Part shown: in pieces, positions 61,163 through 64,000 of the stretch
How the letters are laid out: the number at the start of each line of letters is the position of its first letter
How positions within the stretch are numbered: the first letter of the stretch is position 1
From: Octopus vulgaris
Lineage: Eukaryota
NCBI GenBank assembly: GCA_951406725.2
Contig: OX597816.1
Span: forward strand, 78,430,001-78,494,000
Direction: 5' to 3'
Length of the DNA stretch: 64,000 nucleotides
Position numbers and translations under genes: made by a program
The notes under the pieces: generated by a model
What the model saw: the letters and a program-made list of their open reading frames with translations, nothing else
Told to the model about the DNA's origin: nothing
Databases searched by the model: none

Positions 61163-64000
61163 TGTTATGAAGGGGTCAATTTGGGGACAGTGCTGGCGAC
61201 CCACTTTTGGGAGTAACTCCATTGTTCTGCCAGATTCAGGTGAATTAATTAGCTCTGGGCGACCCCTCGACCCCTTCAGGTGAAATAAAGTTCGAAGAAG
61301 CTACCCCTTAAAATACGCAGTTCAGTTTGTGAGACACAGTCAGCATTTGGGATTCAAGGCAGACAGTTGGCAGTTCGGATTGGAAGGAGACAGTCAGCAT
61401 TTGGATTTCAAGGCAAGCGGTCGGAGTTGTCAGTTTGTGAGAGTTAGTCGGCAGTTCGGACTGGAAGGAAGCCAGTCAGCATTTTGGGATTCAAGGCAAG
61501 CGGTCGACGGTTGGATTGTACAGCGAGTTAGTAATGGTTGTTCTGCTGTGACAGAGGAAGACAGACAAGGAGGATTGAGGAACTGCGAGAGATTACGGCG
61601 TGAAGGCATGGCTATTTGTAGTGGGAGTTGTAAATGAAGAACTCACGGTATGTATTTTGTTTATGTTTTTGGTGTTAAAGAATTAATGTGAAAAGAAAAA
61701 GAGAAAGAGAGGAAAAGAAAAAGAAAGAACTGTGAAGAGAATTGTTGAGTTGAGAAGAGAAAGAAAAGAGAAAGGCTCTGTTGTAGTCTTTAATGAACAT
61801 TGAACTGATTTGAACTGTTGTCTCCGGACTGTGCTATATCGTGAACATTCTGTTTTGATTCGACGTGTACTGTTTAAATTCTGTTGTTTTCTTGTTTTCT
61901 TGCATGCATTTTCTTTGATGTACCTGATATGTATCTTGATTTATTTGATGTTGTAACAATTATAAAGTGTTGTTAAATGTAAGCCAATTGCCTTCCGCCG
62001 TCTGTCTCTGTGTCTGTCTCTTGCTGCTGCTGTTGCTGTTGTTGTTGTTGTTGTTGTTGTTCTCTCTGCGGGAGTGGTTGCCGAGTTCGCCGCCACCTTC
62101 TCCCCCACCGAATTCTCTCTCTGGGTCCGTGGCGAATTCCCCGATCGATCGAGCCAGGTCAATCGAGGTGGATTGGCCCCCGTAACAACTGGTGTCAGAA
62201 GTGGGATTGTCCTAATTTGCTGCGGTCGTTCGGTTCGCCATGGATTCGTTGGATTCGCGGGCTGGTAGCCAGACTGGAGAGGAAGAGATCTCGCTTGCCC
62301 TGATAGTGGAGATGTTGAGGGGCCAGATTGCGCAGACACGCGCATTCAACGAAAGGCTGGACAGGAGGCGACAGGGCCTATGGGCAGACCAGGAAGAGCT
62401 TGAGGTTATGGATGGGTCAGCTTTGGAGGATCAGTGTTGGACCGTGGATGATGAAGTGAAAAGTGAAGAGTGTGGGTCGGAAGAACCCTGTGATGTTGCG
62501 GAACCTGAAGTGGTTGCCGAACTTTGTGATGCTGAACCCTGTGATGCGGAACCTGGAGTGGTTGCCGAGTCTGAGCTTGCTGAGTCTGAGGCTGGTGTTG
62601 CTAAGCCCGAGGAGCTTGCTGCGTGTGTGATGTCTGCTGCTGTTGTTCCGTGTCTGGAGCCCTTGGCATCTCGACCCCTGTCTCTCGGAACTCAGGACGA
62701 GGAGCTGGTGAAGTCTGGAGCTGGTGTCGCTGAGTCAGAGGAGCCGGCTGTGTGTGTGGTGGTTGCGGCGGTTGATGTTCCGTGTCTGAGTCCTTTGGTG
62801 TCTGGGCCCCTGTCTCTCGGGGCTCAGAAGGACTGTATGGTGCCCACTGTGGAGAGGCCACAGGTGTGGATGGATTGTCGGACGAACGTGCGTTCTGGGA
62901 AGCCTTCGGTGCAGAAGCTGGTGACGAGGAGGACCAAGCATGGTGGTGAGGCGAGACGGCGGCGAACGGCGGTAGGACCACAGAGGACGGGAAGACTGCT
63001 CCAGTGTTGGGTGAGCTTTGTGGTTGATGGCTGCTTGGGGCTGGCGGAGCTCGACAGGCAGTGCATAGTGAAAGCTCAAGTGAGGGTCGGGTGGACCTTA
63101 GTAGAGGCAGGAGTTGACAGAGCGCTGGTTGGGTCGGCCGATCTATTGGAGGCTGCGCAGGCGATTTGTAGAGGGCAAATCGTGGAACTGCGCCGGACGG
63201 GGAACCAGCGGCAGGGCCAGTTCTGCCAATATAGTGATGCAGTTGGAGATGGTGGCCCACCGATGCAGTTGCGGAGGCGATCCGCAGGGAGTCGCCGGTG
63301 CTTGGTTGGCACGCGAGGGTTGTTGGATGTTGGTCGCGAGGACCTGGCGGAGCGTTTCGTCGACCTGTGCGGGCGTCGCTCGAGGAGGCAGCGAGGTAGG
63401 AGGATGGACCCAGTTCGGCTGCAGACATCGAGGAGCTATCGGCGACAGGGAACAGTGGAAAGGCGGAACGGTCCTTGGTCGTCGGCGATAGTTGCGCGAA
63501 ATGGAGACGGCACAGCAAGGTGCTACGTGGGGTATAGAGCCCTGAGGAGGGTGGCCACTGTGAAGGATTGGCCGGACCCTGCCTGTGTGAGGGAGCTAAG
63601 GAACTCCCTCGGACGGTGCGCCCATTGTAGGCGGTTCGTAGGAGGCCTCGCGGCCTTGGCGGAGAGGTTACCCAAGCCGCAGAGGGAAGACGCCAACTTG
63701 TGGCCGGTGGTGAAGTGGTGGCCGTGGGAGATGAGACCCCCGGAGGAGAAACCACCCAAGGAGACCTCCAGCTCCTGGAACATCTGCTGGAGCTCGCCCT
63801 CGGAGGTGCGAGCTTGGTGTGCTTTGTCGGGTCGACAAAGCTTAGGTAGGGGGTAGTGTTATGAAGGGGTCAATTTGGGGACAGTGCTGGCGACCCACTT
63901 TTGGGAGTAACTCCATTGTTCTGCCAGATTCAGGTGAATTAATTAGCTCTGGGCGACCCCTCGACCCCTTCAGGTGAAATAAAGTTCGAAGAAGCTACCC
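61163..64000 (+). mobile_element. Young non-autonomous Gypsy-type LTR element (3' LTR cut by the window end)
   Basis: 5' LTR 61163-62187 (TGTTA...TAACA). PBS TGGTGTCAGAAGTGGGAT at 62190-62207 is complementary to the tRNA-Leu 3' end. PPT AGGTAGGGGGTAG. The 3' LTR from 63857 is identical over the 144 bp visible. Confidence 0.93.
62240..63856 (+). CDS. 538-aa ORF of the LTR element, a mosaic of gag/pol remnants
   Basis: GCCATGG start. GPWSSAIVARNGDGTARCYVGYRAL resembles RT SPWSSPIV..KDG..RFCVDYR. VKDWPDPACVRELRNSLG..HCRRFV resembles the RT thumb/connection. No YxDD or integrase DDE is visible. Confidence 0.7.
   Translation: MDSLDSRAGSQTGEEEISLALIVEMLRGQIAQTRAFNERLDRRRQGLWADQEELEVMDGSALEDQCWTVDDEVKSEECGSEEPCDVAEPEVVAELCDAEPCDAEPGVVAESELAESEAGVAKPEELAACVMSAAVVPCLEPLASRPLSLGTQDEELVKSGAGVAESEEPAVCVVVAAVDVPCLSPLVSGPLSLGAQKDCMVPTVERPQVWMDCRTNVRSGKPSVQKLVTRRTKHGGEARRRRTAVGPQRTGRLLQCWVSFVVDGCLGLAELDRQCIVKAQVRVGWTLVEAGVDRALVGSADLLEAAQAICRGQIVELRRTGNQRQGQFCQYSDAVGDGGPPMQLRRRSAGSRRCLVGTRGLLDVGREDLAERFVDLCGRRSRRQRGRRMDPVRLQTSRSYRRQGTVERRNGPWSSAIVARNGDGTARCYVGYRALRRVATVKDWPDPACVRELRNSLGRCAHCRRFVGGLAALAERLPKPQREDANLWPVVKWWPWEMRPPEEKPPKETSSSWNICWSSPSEVRAWCALSGRQSLGRG

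Noticed and set aside
62601-63755. 384-aa antisense ORF in the LTR element
   Set aside because: Pro/Ser/Ala-rich shadow of a GC-rich sense ORF with no motifs.

Overview
AT-rich eukaryotic DNA, about 90% repeat-derived. The SINE families, microsatellites and LINE repertoire suggest an octopus or other coleoid cephalopod (inference). Only two host-gene pieces are well supported, both on the minus strand: the first coding exon of a universal-stress-protein (USP) domain gene (8801-8903) and the last exon of an S1 serine protease with an elastase-like pocket (46918-47085). A micro-exon orphan gene is possible at ~18.6-21.6 kb. The rest is transposable elements: RTE, CR1-like, R4/Dong and CRE LINEs, Penelope elements with hammerhead ribozymes, piggyBac, mariner, hAT, Helitrons, foldback MITEs and a young Gypsy-type LTR element. 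Four observations stand out. (1) A full-length L1/Tx1-clade LINE is inserted with a 14-17 bp TSD into the tRNA-like head of a SINE that shares its 3' tail, and a second SINE-in-SINE insertion uses the same site. (2) A perfect, spacer-less 376-bp palindrome with TGT...ACA ends and a 4-bp TSD is inserted next to that LINE's RT active site. (3) A Penelope pseudo-LTR carries both a tRNA-like Pol III module and a hammerhead. (4) A non-autonomous LTR element keeps one open 538-codon ORF built from pol fragments. Coordinates were read by eye, so edges of old repeats are approximate.
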